Made by a program: the position numbers and the translations under genes. Shown one piece after another: positions 24,887-37,000 of a stretch of 64,000 bases of DNA. The stretch is from contig JAUCBJ010008069.1 in NCBI GenBank assembly GCA_032718475.1, forward strand, positions 1-64,000, given 5' to 3'. This stretch comes from Nemertoderma westbladi. Taxonomy: Eukaryota; Animalia; Xenacoelomorpha. The notes under the pieces are model-generated. The model ran no database searches. It had not been told where the DNA came from and saw only the letters and a list, made by a program, of their open reading frames with translations. Each line of letters begins with the position of its first letter. The stretch's first letter is position 1.

Positions 24887-25941
24887 CCACAAACTAACAG
24901 GGTGCCTGTGTGCCGCGTCGCGACGTTACCGGTAATATAATACAGATTAAAACTCCAGATATGAGATACCAACTAATTCAGACTGCCAGAACTGTAAGTC
25001 TATAAGCCTATCATCTTTTTTTCTACCCTTAGCCGCAACCTGCAGACCTGGCAGTAAACGTTAATTTCACATTACAGCAATATGCATTACAGCATGTGAC
25101 AGATTAAAATGTTTTGTTACATTCTGTCAACTTAACCAGTTAACAGCGTTCTGGTAAATTACTCGTAACGCTGCAAAGTACTACTTTGCACCGTTGCGGC
25201 CTATAGAACGGAACGCTGCAAAGTAATCAATGGCATGGAAACAACTTCAATTACCGTATTCCAGAATGTATATTTCCATTTATATTAATGATTATACAGT
25301 AGTAATAATTAATGTTATATTAATGCTATAGGCAGATAGGCCCCTATTAACAAGCTGGCGAGCCTGGAGGGTTCACGGTCCTCCTACTTAATCAGTACGC
25401 AGTACAATAATAATACGTTTTCGTTCGGGTAGGCCTATGTTTCCTTTTCACTTGTTCCCATCGTAGGCGACCTCATGCTCATCCAGTCATCCCACCACGA
25501 CAACGACCACCAGTTATGAGTTGGGTACCTAGGCGTCTACCGGCAACCGGTAAGTAATTACGCGCCACACGACGTCATCCCGCCATCCGCCAACATTTAT
25601 ACCGGTACGGTAAGCCTACCACCTACCGGCTGGCTACCATCGCACCGTAGGTCTACCGCCTACTATTACCGCCTACGTATTGTCGTAATTGACAAATACA
25701 GGATTAAACCGTAACCCGTTCCGGTACCGGTACCATATGCATCTGAACGACTGGGGACTGGACTGCTGGACGGTTAATCTCATAGCATAGCTGCATAGGC
25801 CTACCGGTAGTCAGTGCGAAGGCGAAGTCGCCTGCGAACATGGCGAAATATTATATTTACTGCTAGGGCTAGGCTAGGACAGTAGGACCTACTGCTGTAC
25901 TGACCTATGACAGTATGAAGATAGGCAGATAGGCCTACAGT

Positions 25942-26767
25942 CAGTTGGGGAAAGATGCTTATTTAGGCAGTCCGGTCGGACTTCCTAAATAAGAACCGAG
26001 CTGCCTATATAGGCAGTTTTCGTCGTTTTTTGCGATAAATTTGATGATTTAAACCACTTAAACGAAAATTGGCATATGACTGTATGAAGAATTTTACGTA
26101 AGAGATACACCTGTCACTCAACTACTGAGAAAAAATTAGAAAAATCCATCTAAGCTTCTTTGATCTATTATCAATATAAGATTGACAGTTCTAGTATAAT
26201 TACCAGTGGCTACAAATCACATGGCCGCTGGGCGCTGGGCCTAAATAGGAAAATTTTCAAGGATGCCAGGTTCCTAAATAAGAAGTTCGATGTATCCTGG
26301 TATCTATAAGATATTCGCGGTTCCTAAATAAGAAGCTTACTACACATACACATCATCTTTTAAATAAGAAGCTGACATTCTAAAATAGGCAGTTCGAATA
26401 AAAAATTCCAAGCAAAACGAGGGCGAACTGCCTATTTAAGCACCACGTTATCAATGCTGGTGTTATTATTTCAGGCACCACAGTCATGGGATTTTCAGCC
26501 ATTGGCAAATAAACTGAAACTGTCAATCTTATATTGATATTAGATCAAAGAAGCTTAGATAGATTTTTCTAATTTTTTCTCAGTAGTTGAGTGACAGGTA
26601 TATCTCTAATAGGGCCTATGTAAAATTCTTCATATGCCAATTTTCGTTTAAGTGGTTTAAATCATCAAATTTATCCCAAAAAATGACGAAAACTGCCTAT
26701 ATGGGCAGCTCGGTTCTTATTTAGGAAGTCCGACCGGACTGCCAAAATAAGCATCTTTCCCCAACTG
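25942..26767. mobile_element. 826-bp non-autonomous DNA transposon with ~250-bp TIRs and 5-bp TSD
   Basis: Ends CAGTTGGGGAAAGATGCTTATTT / AAATAAGCATCTTTCCCCAACTG; ACAGT duplicated at 25937-25941 and 26768-26772. Confidence 0.88.
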
Positions 26768-27884
26768 ACAGTGGTCAGGTAGTACCGGTCTGGTATGCCT
26801 ACTACAGGCAGACAATCAGACAGTACTACAGTAGCAGTGCTAATTAATTACCTTAATTAAATCTTCAATTAGGTCATAATGTAGGGCCAAATTTAAAAAT
26901 CGGCCTCTGTTAATCGATTTAGAAATAATTCAGGATGCCAAATATCAGAATCATTCATTGCGTTCCCTATGACAAGATAGCTTTTTCCTAAACCATGCGA
27001 AAACACGCAAATATAGCGCTCATATCGCACAAATACCATCTCGACACCCAATTTTTTGTATGAGCCTTCGCCATCCCTATATCTAACTTTTGTCCAAATT
27101 TTGTTTCGATTGATTAATAAATAACTGAGATATCGCTCTACACACACACACACACACCCCCACACACACACACACACACCCCCTAACACACACATTACGG
27201 TAATAATGGTCACTTATGTCAAGGACCGTGAACCAATATTAATTTATATTTTTGCATAATACAGTACGTGCGTCCAGTTTGAAGTGAAGGGACTAGCTAC
27301 TGTATCTAAATAATTATTTAACGTGTATGTAAGACTGTGGTATTCCATACGTCCTATAGAAGACATTATGAAATACATTAGAAAATGAGCAAAGAAAATA
27401 TGGCGATAGTGTTCAGTAAAACTGAACGGACACAGACAGTGATTCAGTTTGCTTCAGTCGACGATGGATCAAAGATTTATCACATCCATGCAGGAGATAA
27501 CAACAATAAACTTTAATTAAATATAAATGTATAATTACTGTAGTATCGGTACCTGTTAATAATATTCACTAGGCCTAATGTTCGAAATAGTAAATGATTA
27601 CAATGTGCAAATGAGCATCCATAAAATCCTTTCTTCACAAACCGAACGCTGATAAGTTGACATAATGTAGCAAAATTACATATATCATTGCTTGCAAAGG
27701 TCACTTTTCAGCGATAAAGACCCTCGTATATTTATATGAACCTCCCTCGCTGCGCTCGCTCGTACATAAATAAACTCGGGTCATAACGCTGCAAGCAAAG
27801 TGCTACTTTGCACACAATGATGTAAATAGTTATTATAAATAATTAATATCCAATGTTTTTATTAACTACCTACTTAATTATTAC

Positions 27885-28484
27885 GTCATTTCGTGACCAC
27901 TGAGCCAGAACAACACCCACAATTTTTCAAAAAAATTTTTTTTACAAAAAATACTCAAGATGGCGTTCTACATCTTATGTTAAAATCCTAGACTTGTATG
28001 TCAGTCCGTTTAGGAGATATGGAAAACCAGAACAACCCTCACAACATATAAGTTGAAAACCGTTAGAGGTAAAACACAACACATACATTATGTTAAAATC
28101 CTAGATTTGTATGTCAGTCCGTTTAGGAGATATGGAAAACCAGAACAACCCTCACAACATATTAGTTGAAAACCGTTAGAGGTAAAACAACACACACAGA
28201 CTAGAGTTAATGTTAAATTTCAGTACTGTATGTGTTGTTTTGCCTCTTTGGAAAATAACGAAAAAAACAGTAAAAAACAGAACAAAAAACAGAAAAAAAC
28301 ATCAACAAAATTTATTCTGAATGCTAGCCACTATAATCAAATGTATCATTGTATCTTCCCAGACCTCTGTCGAAAAAATTAGGAGACGGGATCCATATGG
28401 AGGGAAATGCGAAGGTTTTTTACATTTTTCTCGAAACCACATTTTTTGGTGAGTGTTGTTCTGGCTCTTTGGTCACGAATTGAC
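27885..28484. mobile_element. ~600-bp MITE with ~35-bp TIRs and an internal ~112-bp tandem duplication
   Basis: GTCATTTCGTGACCACTGAGCCAGAACAACAC / GTGTTGTTCTGGCTCTTTGGTCACGAATTGAC; ttatgttaaaatcctaga...gttagaggtaaaaca occurs twice within. Confidence 0.75.
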
Positions 28485-29007
28485 TTTTTATATGTTGGAT
28501 TTGTTTCATACACTGTATATCATGGTTTTATAAATGAGTTAGCATTACAAAACTTACACCCCGGTACGACAATATTTACTTTCAGTTTAGACTTTCTTGT
28601 GGTGTGAGTAAGTAAGCAGTAGCTTTATTATACCCTAAACACGCCGCCCCTGATCCACCCAGCTTCCCATCATGTGTGGCAATCCACCAGTTACTATAGC
28701 CCGCCGTCTGTCCTAAACAACCGGCCAGTTCCCTTTTGTGAGATACTACAGTATAAGGTCTTCCAGGCTTTGCAAATATACAGTAGTTTCATGGACGAAC
28801 GACGTTTCGAAGCAGAGACAAAATTTGTGGGGTGGAGACCCGAAAAGTATATTCGCAACCCGAAATAAAGACTACTAATTCAATTATATATTACTCTAAA
28901 GTAAATAATTTACTTGGATATAGTATTATCAATGCAAATAAATTTGATCATAATTAATTAAATACTTCAACTAAGAAAATATCAAGACCTTTTATAATTT
29001 CATAAAT

Positions 29008-30342
29008 TTAATGAAGTCCGTAAGGTGGTCCAGGATTGTAGATGGATTCCGTGTTAAAATCAGTTTCAAGATTAAACACCTGCGCGAGATATTCAATCGA
29101 AGGCACCACAGCAGTGGCATACTTTGCGATAATCGATGACCACAAAGTCGAAACTCTCAACACCTCTGACCCTTGACATGATGCATCAGTTTCCGTAGAT
29201 ACACCACTGCCGTGACAACGGTTTCCACTTACCAGCGTTTCAGTAAAATACGATCCCCAAAACTCTGAGCAGATACTCTCAATATGATCACACTGACCAC
29301 ACTCGGCTGCAAGTTCCTCGCATACGTAGATTCCACTCCATTGACAGTTTGTACTAACAGGGAATATATCAGAACGCATACTGTCTCCAATATAGACAAC
29401 TTTAGGTTTGGGCTTTCCAACAGCTCCCCCCAAAAACTCATTTAGTTCTCTCACATTTCCTCGACTGTAAAGACACATATCTGTATTCAATGTTACCGGG
29501 TTAACAAGGTTTTCTTTCTCAGAGGCGATATCAACGGCATAAAATCTGTTTTCGTCTTCCCCAGATTTTTTAAAAAACCCGGGTTTTTTTGCATTGAGGA
29601 TGGCGAAATCAAAATATTTAAACCAATCAGAGTCATTGAATGAAGTTGTTGCAACGAAATTACAGTAATCGTAGGGCGATGAACTCAGCAAGAAGAGAAG
29701 TTTGCCTGATGATCGAATTTTCTCCAGCCACTGTTTTACCTCTTTCGAACATCGATATATGAATGATTCGGGATGATTCAGAACAGAAGGCATCCAGGCT
29801 CCAAGATTCTGCTTCATATTTTCTTGATGATAGAGAGCTAGGTAGGCGGAAAAAATATCGGGCATGAGGGAGGTGTAGCTTGGTGTCTCGTTGTGGAGGG
29901 CGCACTTACTATCTAGGAGATCAACCAACTTAGCGGTAACGATCGCTCCAACAGCATCGAAATGGTTCTCAAGTAAAAGGAAATCATTACTGTGGTTATT
30001 AACAACGTCACGAAGGAATTGCCAATGCGACCAGACGCATTCCTTATACTTCGTGCTAATTTCTTCATGAGTTAACATCCGTGTGCCGTGTGAAGCTCTC
30101 ACAATAACTCCTTGATGATCAACTTTAACGAAATCTCCATTCTTAATATCAAAGCAAATCCCTACAAGAATAAAATCAATATCCTTTTCTGTCAACTCAA
30201 GAATGGTGTCATCATAGCCCTTTTCTTTCACCAAATGCTCGACCATACCTTTGTACATAACCTTGTAACATTCTCTGATATTGTATCTCACCAAAGTGTG
30301 GTCTAAATCAAGACCAATCACATCGAAGTCTGACAGTTTCAT
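29008..30342 (-). CDS. NT5DC1: 5'-nucleotidase domain-containing protein 1 (HAD superfamily), single exon
   Basis: HAD motif I DVIGLDLDHTLVRYN, NAKKPGFF, motif IV KVVYIGDSMRSDIFP, FWGSYF. First ATG at 30342. Confidence 0.92.
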   Translation of the reverse strand: MKLSDFDVIGLDLDHTLVRYNIRECYKVMYKGMVEHLVKEKGYDDTILELTEKDIDFILVGICFDIKNGDFVKVDHQGVIVRASHGTRMLTHEEISTKYKECVWSHWQFLRDVVNNHSNDFLLLENHFDAVGAIVTAKLVDLLDSKCALHNETPSYTSLMPDIFSAYLALYHQENMKQNLGAWMPSVLNHPESFIYRCSKEVKQWLEKIRSSGKLLFLLSSSPYDYCNFVATTSFNDSDWFKYFDFAILNAKKPGFFKKSGEDENRFYAVDIASEKENLVNPVTLNTDMCLYSRGNVRELNEFLGGAVGKPKPKVVYIGDSMRSDIFPVSTNCQWSGIYVCEELAAECGQCDHIESICSEFWGSYFTETLVSGNRCHGSGVSTETDASCQGSEVLRVSTLWSSIIAKYATAVVPSIEYLAQVFNLETDFNTESIYNPGPPYGLH

Positions 30343-30414
30343 ATTAATCAATATAAAAGACGACTAGAGTCAAAATGAGGTGGAACTATAAATTAACAAA
30401 ATAATGTGTACACT

Positions 30415-30705
30415 GTACTTATTTAAATAAAGTATTATATTAATAATAATAATAAGAGTACTATTATTTAATTGTGTGACTAAATTAACTTATTTAAATA
30501 AAGTAATATATTAATAATAATAATAACAGTACTATTATTTAATAGTGTGTCTAATTAATTTATTTAAATAAAGTATTATATTAATAATAATAAGAAAGAG
30601 TACTATTATTTAATTGTGTGTCTAATTAATTTATTTAAATAAAGTATTAATTAATAATAATAAGAGTACTATTATCTACTGTAATTGTGTGTCTAATTAA
30701 TTGTG
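30415..30705. repeat. AT-rich ~65-bp tandem repeat, 4 copies, upstream of NT5DC1
   Basis: ttatttaaataaagtattatattaataataataa..agtactattatttaattgtgtg repeated. Confidence 0.85.
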
Positions 30706-32504
30706 GGTGTATCATAAGTGCACTAGTTCTACCTGTTTTCTTTATATAGGCCTACTGTTTCGTGTGTATGTTGAAAATCAACTTTAATATAAATAAATAC
30801 TGGAGGTCACTAGAACTAACATATGCAGATTGGGCTTTACCACTAATACAGTAAGACAAGGACTTATTCAAAATACTGATCATCATCGGGAAATACTGTA
30901 AATATACCTTCGCTCTCTGCTATGATTGTTATACCTTTGACTGTTTTGTTATATATTAATTAATTTATACAACTAGGCCTAATAATTATCATACATAATA
31001 TTGAAATAACTATGAATCATTACCGCTAAATTATGGCACATTAATGTTATTACTTACAATTTACATTTTAGTCATGATTTAACAATCACCAAACCCTCAG
31101 TAATGTGAGGAGATATCCTAGCCTTGCAGGCCCGCCCCGCACCGTATCCGAATCCAAGCCGTGCCAGCCACGCCTTCTATCACGGAGACTGAGTGAGCTA
31201 CCCGAAGGAGCGCGCATGCTACCGTACCGTACCCCTCACAGCACACGCCTGAGCGTGAGAGCTCGCTCTCCATCATCAACTTATGTTTTGTGCCTCAGCG
31301 ATATTTATGGATAGAAGATTTGTACCGCACCAGATCCGTCGGTCAACCATCCAGGGAGGTAAGTACCGGTTCTCGAAGATAGTGCAGTAGTGCGGCTTCT
31401 TATTCCGGCAAGGCTCGTCGAAGATGGAACTATAGACGCGAATGAAGGAGGTGGCGTTACTGCTAACCACTGCGATGTCGAACGACGCCACCTTCTGAGA
31501 ATTCCCGCGTGCTACATCAATGCAAGATCGGTTCAAAGATCCCGCCCCCGACCTCTAGGCCCAAACAGCTCTCGAAAAAGTGCATAGGATGTTTTATTAT
31601 ATTATTACAGTATTAGCTTACTAAAAATTTGGTGTTATTGTAAAATATTAATTTATCACAATTGACAATGTTATTTGTTTCATCAACATTATTTTGTTGC
31701 ACAATAAACAATTCGAGTTGTTACTAAAAATAGCTAATATCCTATTTATTTATTTTATTTTGTTTTGTTTTCAATATTCCACTTGATGGCATCACCACTC
31801 TGATATTTTTAATTTCGCGATAAGTATTTCATTTAAATTTAAATACTGAAATAAATGTCTGGAACAGTTGTTGCAGTGTTGTTTAGAGGTAAGCAGTACC
31901 CAGAATACTGTGCAGTGGTACAATTCAGCAATAGCCGACCGGCAGACCGGTACAACACTGGTGTATGCGCAGCACTTTGCAGGTATGCACCAGTCCGTTG
32001 CTAGCCTGTGCTGTATGCAGTAAGGTTAACAGCAGAGTATAAGTGGAGTTAGTGTCCTACAATATTGCTAAACCGATTTCGATTAATGCTATCGCAAATA
32101 ACAATCACCTGACAGCTACTGTCTGCTCTGCTCCTGTCTGGCTGTAGCCGTAGCCAACTTGAAAAGCTTGACTTTACCTTCGCTGGTTTTAAAGAAGTTC
32201 GTATAATAGATAATCCTTTACATATGTGACAATAAGGGTCTTCCCCGGCTAATAATATTACGTGAAAAACAGAGGTAGTTTAATCTATTGCAAGGCTTTT
32301 AATCTTTTAATTATTTCATCTATTCACTCCTAAATATATATCTAATAAACAATCTTTTAGAGATATTATTCATATTTTTTTTACCTTTTGAGCCTCTCTG
32401 ATGAAAATGACTTTATTCAATTTCAAAGTATTGTGCTGCTCGAAAGCTTGTAAAAAGGCAGACAAGCACTTTTTGACCGATAACTCTAGTTTTAGAAAAT
32501 ATAT

Positions 32505-33112
32505 TGTGAGCGGATTCAATTCCGCCGCATTACCCTCACAAAGTTGGGAAGTGGCACCTTTTCAGCAATATATTGGAGATACGAGATTGGCAATAACCAA
32601 TCTCGTATCACAACCAACACCGGGGAGAACACAAACCCCAAAGCCACACAAAGGGAGGTTAGAGGTCAATCCACCTCGAAAGGGGAAACAACCAGCAGGG
32701 GCCAACAGGGGGAAACACTCCCAGAGAGAGTGAGAGGCGTGAAGTAGATTATTAGCCAATGGGGGCGAAGGAGGGCATCCACTGGGTGAAAGGCCACAGT
32801 AGTATAGGAGTAATTATACATATATATTATCCTGCTACCGGTCTGAGAATCAGTTATCCAGTTATCAGCTTAGTGCAGACCGGTGACATTCGTCACCGTC
32901 ACCAATATTCAGACATTACACATATATTCGGTTATTCAGTTATTGTGTACTCTACCGTGCTCATCATTAGGCCTGTTTATTATCAGACAACACAAGGAGA
33001 CAACATCGAACTCCCATTGTTTTTCCCACAACGGCCTCGGCCAAACTGCCAGCACCACCCCTAAGACAAACAGTGACGCGTAGACGATTTACCCGGTCGG
33101 GATCCCGTCACA
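32505..33112 (+). mobile_element. Solo LTR (608 bp) related to the LTRs at 40997 and 47647
   Basis: TGTGAGCGGATTCAATTCCGC...GGGATCCCGTCACA; colinear motifs with the intronic element's LTRs (GGGAAACACTCC, TTAGCCAATGGGGG, CATATAT, TCAGTT); 5-bp flanks TATAT/GATAT (1 mismatch). Confidence 0.8.
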
Positions 33113-33948
33113 GATATGAGAAAACTGCTTGCATTTGAAATACCCATTAAATTCCGTAGTGGATTTGAAAAATTAGTTTCAATGAATTTATAACATTAAG
33201 GGTGAGGAATACGCTACGGTTACAGTGGCGGTGTTTCTGACCAAAGCATTAAACGGAACTTTATTTCTCTTGCGGTCAAGTTGGGCCACTACCTGCCTGA
33301 CTCGATCATAAAGTGCTACTTACCATAAGTACATACAGTAAATTACACTCAATAGCTCTCAATCTAAGCACTCTATAATGAATTGGTTTTTCACGGGGAA
33401 ATTTCTTTGTGTTTCAACACTTTAAACATTACTAATTTTCTTTACTAATATTAACTAACAATTATTAATAAGATAATGGCAGAAACCGTAAACTATAAAT
33501 AACATTTAAATTGTAGATTACAATTATTTATTATTTAATCCTCTAACTGATTATATATACATTAATTGGCACCTTTATTTTATAGAACCAAATATATTGA
33601 CTTGCATAGGCCTATGATACTTAAGTCTATAAAAGGTTATGTAAATTTAAACTTTCAAACTTGCAAAACATAAAAAATAATTTTTTATTGCAAAAACCAA
33701 ATTACAATTCGTAAAACAGTCATATTCGATAATTAATGTAAAAAATACAAGAAAGCAGATAATGTAAGACCTAATTTAAAACTTAAGCGCGATTGACCCC
33801 CCACTGTCTCAATTCCGCTTCAACAGCATTACAATGAATTATTTAGTTAAAATGTAAACTATTTAATTAAAATTAACAGAAAAATATCTTTGATTAACCA
33901 AAGTGGTGTGATAATAAATTGATCGAATGAGTTTGAGGTCAGCATTAC

Positions 33949-34037
33949 TCATCCCCCAACCCAATATGACACTGAGACCGTGATTGCGATTACAGTCGCA
34001 GATATTGTTCCTACAGAGGCTCCGTTGTTATCGTCGT
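33949..34037 (-). CDS. ACE: ACE last coding exon ([29 protein letters not shown])
   Basis: TTGCAG acceptor, phase 1 matching the upstream exon, TGA at 33951-33949. Confidence 0.75.
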
Positions 34038-37000
34038 CTGCAATATAATTACAATTAGGTCTATAATAGTTAATGTCGACTACTGTATTCATTTTATATT
34101 AAAATAAAACAAGTGCTGACCATTGATTAATATATTCCTTAATCATTCAATATTCAGGTATATATAACAAATTCTCTACCGAACTTACATCCAGGAGGTT
34201 TCCACTCCATATCGGGCCATCCAGGCTGGTCCCCCGACTTAACGTTCTCAATAACCAACCAATCATGAAGAGGTTTGAAGTATTCTAGAAAGGCTGCAGT
34301 GCTGTACTCTCGGGAACCCACCAATATCTCGAAGGCATCTCTCCATGGTTCGCTTTGCCCCAATTCTAACATCTCCCTGCCAATTGAAAAATAGATAGTC
34401 GAAAGTTAAATTAACTAGTATACTACATACAGTAACAGTACTGATGTATATAATTTGATAGTCTAATACATTGTACTAACATTGGATAGACAGTGTATTG
34501 TGGTTGAACTAAATAGAATATTTAGATGGAAACTTGGATTTATTGGAAAATCAATTAATATAAAACATACATTATGGCTGTGGCGTTCGGTTTATCAGAA
34601 ATGTCGCATTTATAAAGCGGTTCTTCAGCTGGATGGCCTGCATTCAAACAAGCTGCTTTGTGAAACTGAAACTGGATGATAAACGAGATGAAATATCTGC
34701 AATTAATTAACAAAATATAAATTCAATAACTAGTGTACCAGTAGCAGTGGGAGAAGAAAACTGGTTGCAGTGGGAGAAGAAAACTGGTAGCAGTGGGAGA
34801 GGAAAACCGGTAGCAGTAGGAGAAGAAAACTGGTAGCAGTGGGAGAGGAAAACTGGTAGCAGTGAGAGATGAAAACTGGTAGCAGTGGGAGAAGAAAACT
34901 GGTAGCAGTGGGAGAGGAAAACCGGTAGCAGTGCGAGATGAAAACTGGTAGCAGTGGGAGAAGAAAACTGGTAGCAGTGGGAGAGGAAAACCGGTAGCAG
35001 TGGGAGAGGAAAACCGGTAGCAGTGGGAGAGGAAAACTGGTAGCAGTGGGAGAGGAAAACTGGTAGCAGTGGGAGAGGAAAACTGGTAGCAGTGGGAGAG
35101 GAAAACTGGTAATAGTTGGAGAGGAAAACTGGTAGCAGTGGGAGAGGAAAACCGGTAGCAGTGGGAGAGGAAAACCGGTAGCAGTGGGAGAGGAAAACCG
35201 GTAGCAGTGGGAGAGGAAAACTGGTAGCAGTGGGAGAGGAAAACCCCGTAGCAGTGGGAGAGGAAAACCGGTAGCAGTGGGAGAGGAAAACCGGTAGCAG
35301 TGGGAGAGGAAAACTGGTAGCAGTGGGAGAGGAAAACCCCGTAGCAGTGGGAGAGGAAACTGGTAGTAGTGGGAGAGGAAAACTGGTAGCAGTGGGAGAG
35401 GAAAACCCCGTAGCAGTGGGAGAGGAAAACCGGTAGCAGTGGGAGAGGAAAACTGGTAGCAGTGGGAGAGGAAAACTGGTAGCAGTGGGAGAGGAAAACC
35501 GGTAGCAGTGGGAGAGGAAAACTGGTAGCAGTGGGAGAGGAAAACTGGTAGCAGTGGGAGAGGAAAACCGGTAGCAGTGGGAGAGGAAAACTGGTAGCAG
35601 TGGGAGAGGAAAACCGGTAGCAGTGGGAGAGGAAAACTGGTAGCAGTGGGAGAGGAAAACCCCGTAGCAGTGGGAGAGGAAAACTGGTAGCAGTGGGAGA
35701 GGAAAACCGGTAGCAGTGGGAGAGGAAAACCGGTAGCAGTGGGAGAGGAAAACTGGTAGCAGTGGGAGAGGAAAACCCCGTAGCAGTGGGAGAGGAAACT
35801 GGTAGTAGTGGGAGAGGAAAACTGGTAGCAGTGGGAGAGGAAAACCCCGTAGCAGTGGGAGAGGAAAACCGGTAGCAGTGGGAGAGGAAAACTGGTAGCA
35901 GTGGGAGAGGAAAACTGGTAGCAGTGGGAGAGGAAAACCGGTAGCAGTGGGAGAGGAAAACTGGTAGCAGTGGGAGAGGAAAACTGGTAGCAGTGGGAGA
36001 GGAAAACCGGTAGCAGTGGGAGAGGAAAACTGGTAGCAGTGGGAGAGGAAAACCGGTAGCAGTGGGAGAGGAAAACTGGTAGCAGTGGGAGAGGAAAACT
36101 GGTAGCAGTGGGAGAGGAAAACCCCGTAGCAGTGGGAGAGGAAAACCGGTAGCAGTGGGAAAGGGAAACTGGTAGCAGTGGGAGAGCAGTGGTAAAACGC
36201 GGATTCTAGTTAATTACAAAGTTTTATTGGATCCGGGAAGGGGTGTAAAACACGGATTTTCGTTAATTACCAAGTTTTGTTGGATCCGGAATGGAGTGTA
36301 AAACACGGATTTTCGTTAATTACCAAGTTTTGTTGGATCCGGAATGGAGTGTAAAACACGGATTTTCGTTAATTACCAAGTTTTGTTGGATCCGGAATGG
36401 AGTGTAAAACACGGATTTTCGTTAATTACCAAGTTTTGTTGGATCCGGAATGGAGTGTAAAACATGGATTTTCGTTAATTACCAAGTTTTGTTGGATCCG
36501 GAATGGAGTGTAAAACACGGATTTTCGTTAATTACCAAGTTTTGTTGGATCCGGAATGGAGTGTAAAACACGGATTTTCGTTAATTACCAAGTTTTGTTG
36601 GATCCGGAATGGATTGTAAAACACGGATTTACGTTAGTTTCCATCCGGAAAAGGGTGTAAAACGCGGATACAAGTTAATTAGTAATTTTAATGAACAATT
36701 TGTAAAACGCATATGCAATAAAGACTCAGACCCTCATCTACAGTATAAGTTACAATTATTAATTAGTACAATGTTTATTGTTCTTTAGTAACTTTTCTTG
36801 GCTTGCGGACTTTCCTGGTTTTTTTCTTCTCCGGACTCGGGGTGCACGATGTTTGCGTAGTGAGTTCAAGCGGCTCAACAATGGCTGTATCATTGGTTGG
36901 ACTCGGAATAACGAATCCCGTAAATGGAACCTTTACAAAGTCATCACTGTCATCCATGTTTGCTAGATTGTTATCCAGATTTTCTAATGATTTAGTTGGT

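Noticed and set aside
31104-31960. Possible additional LTR (GC-rich block starting TGTGAG)
   Set aside because: No convincing 3' terminus, TSD or second copy could be identified by eye.
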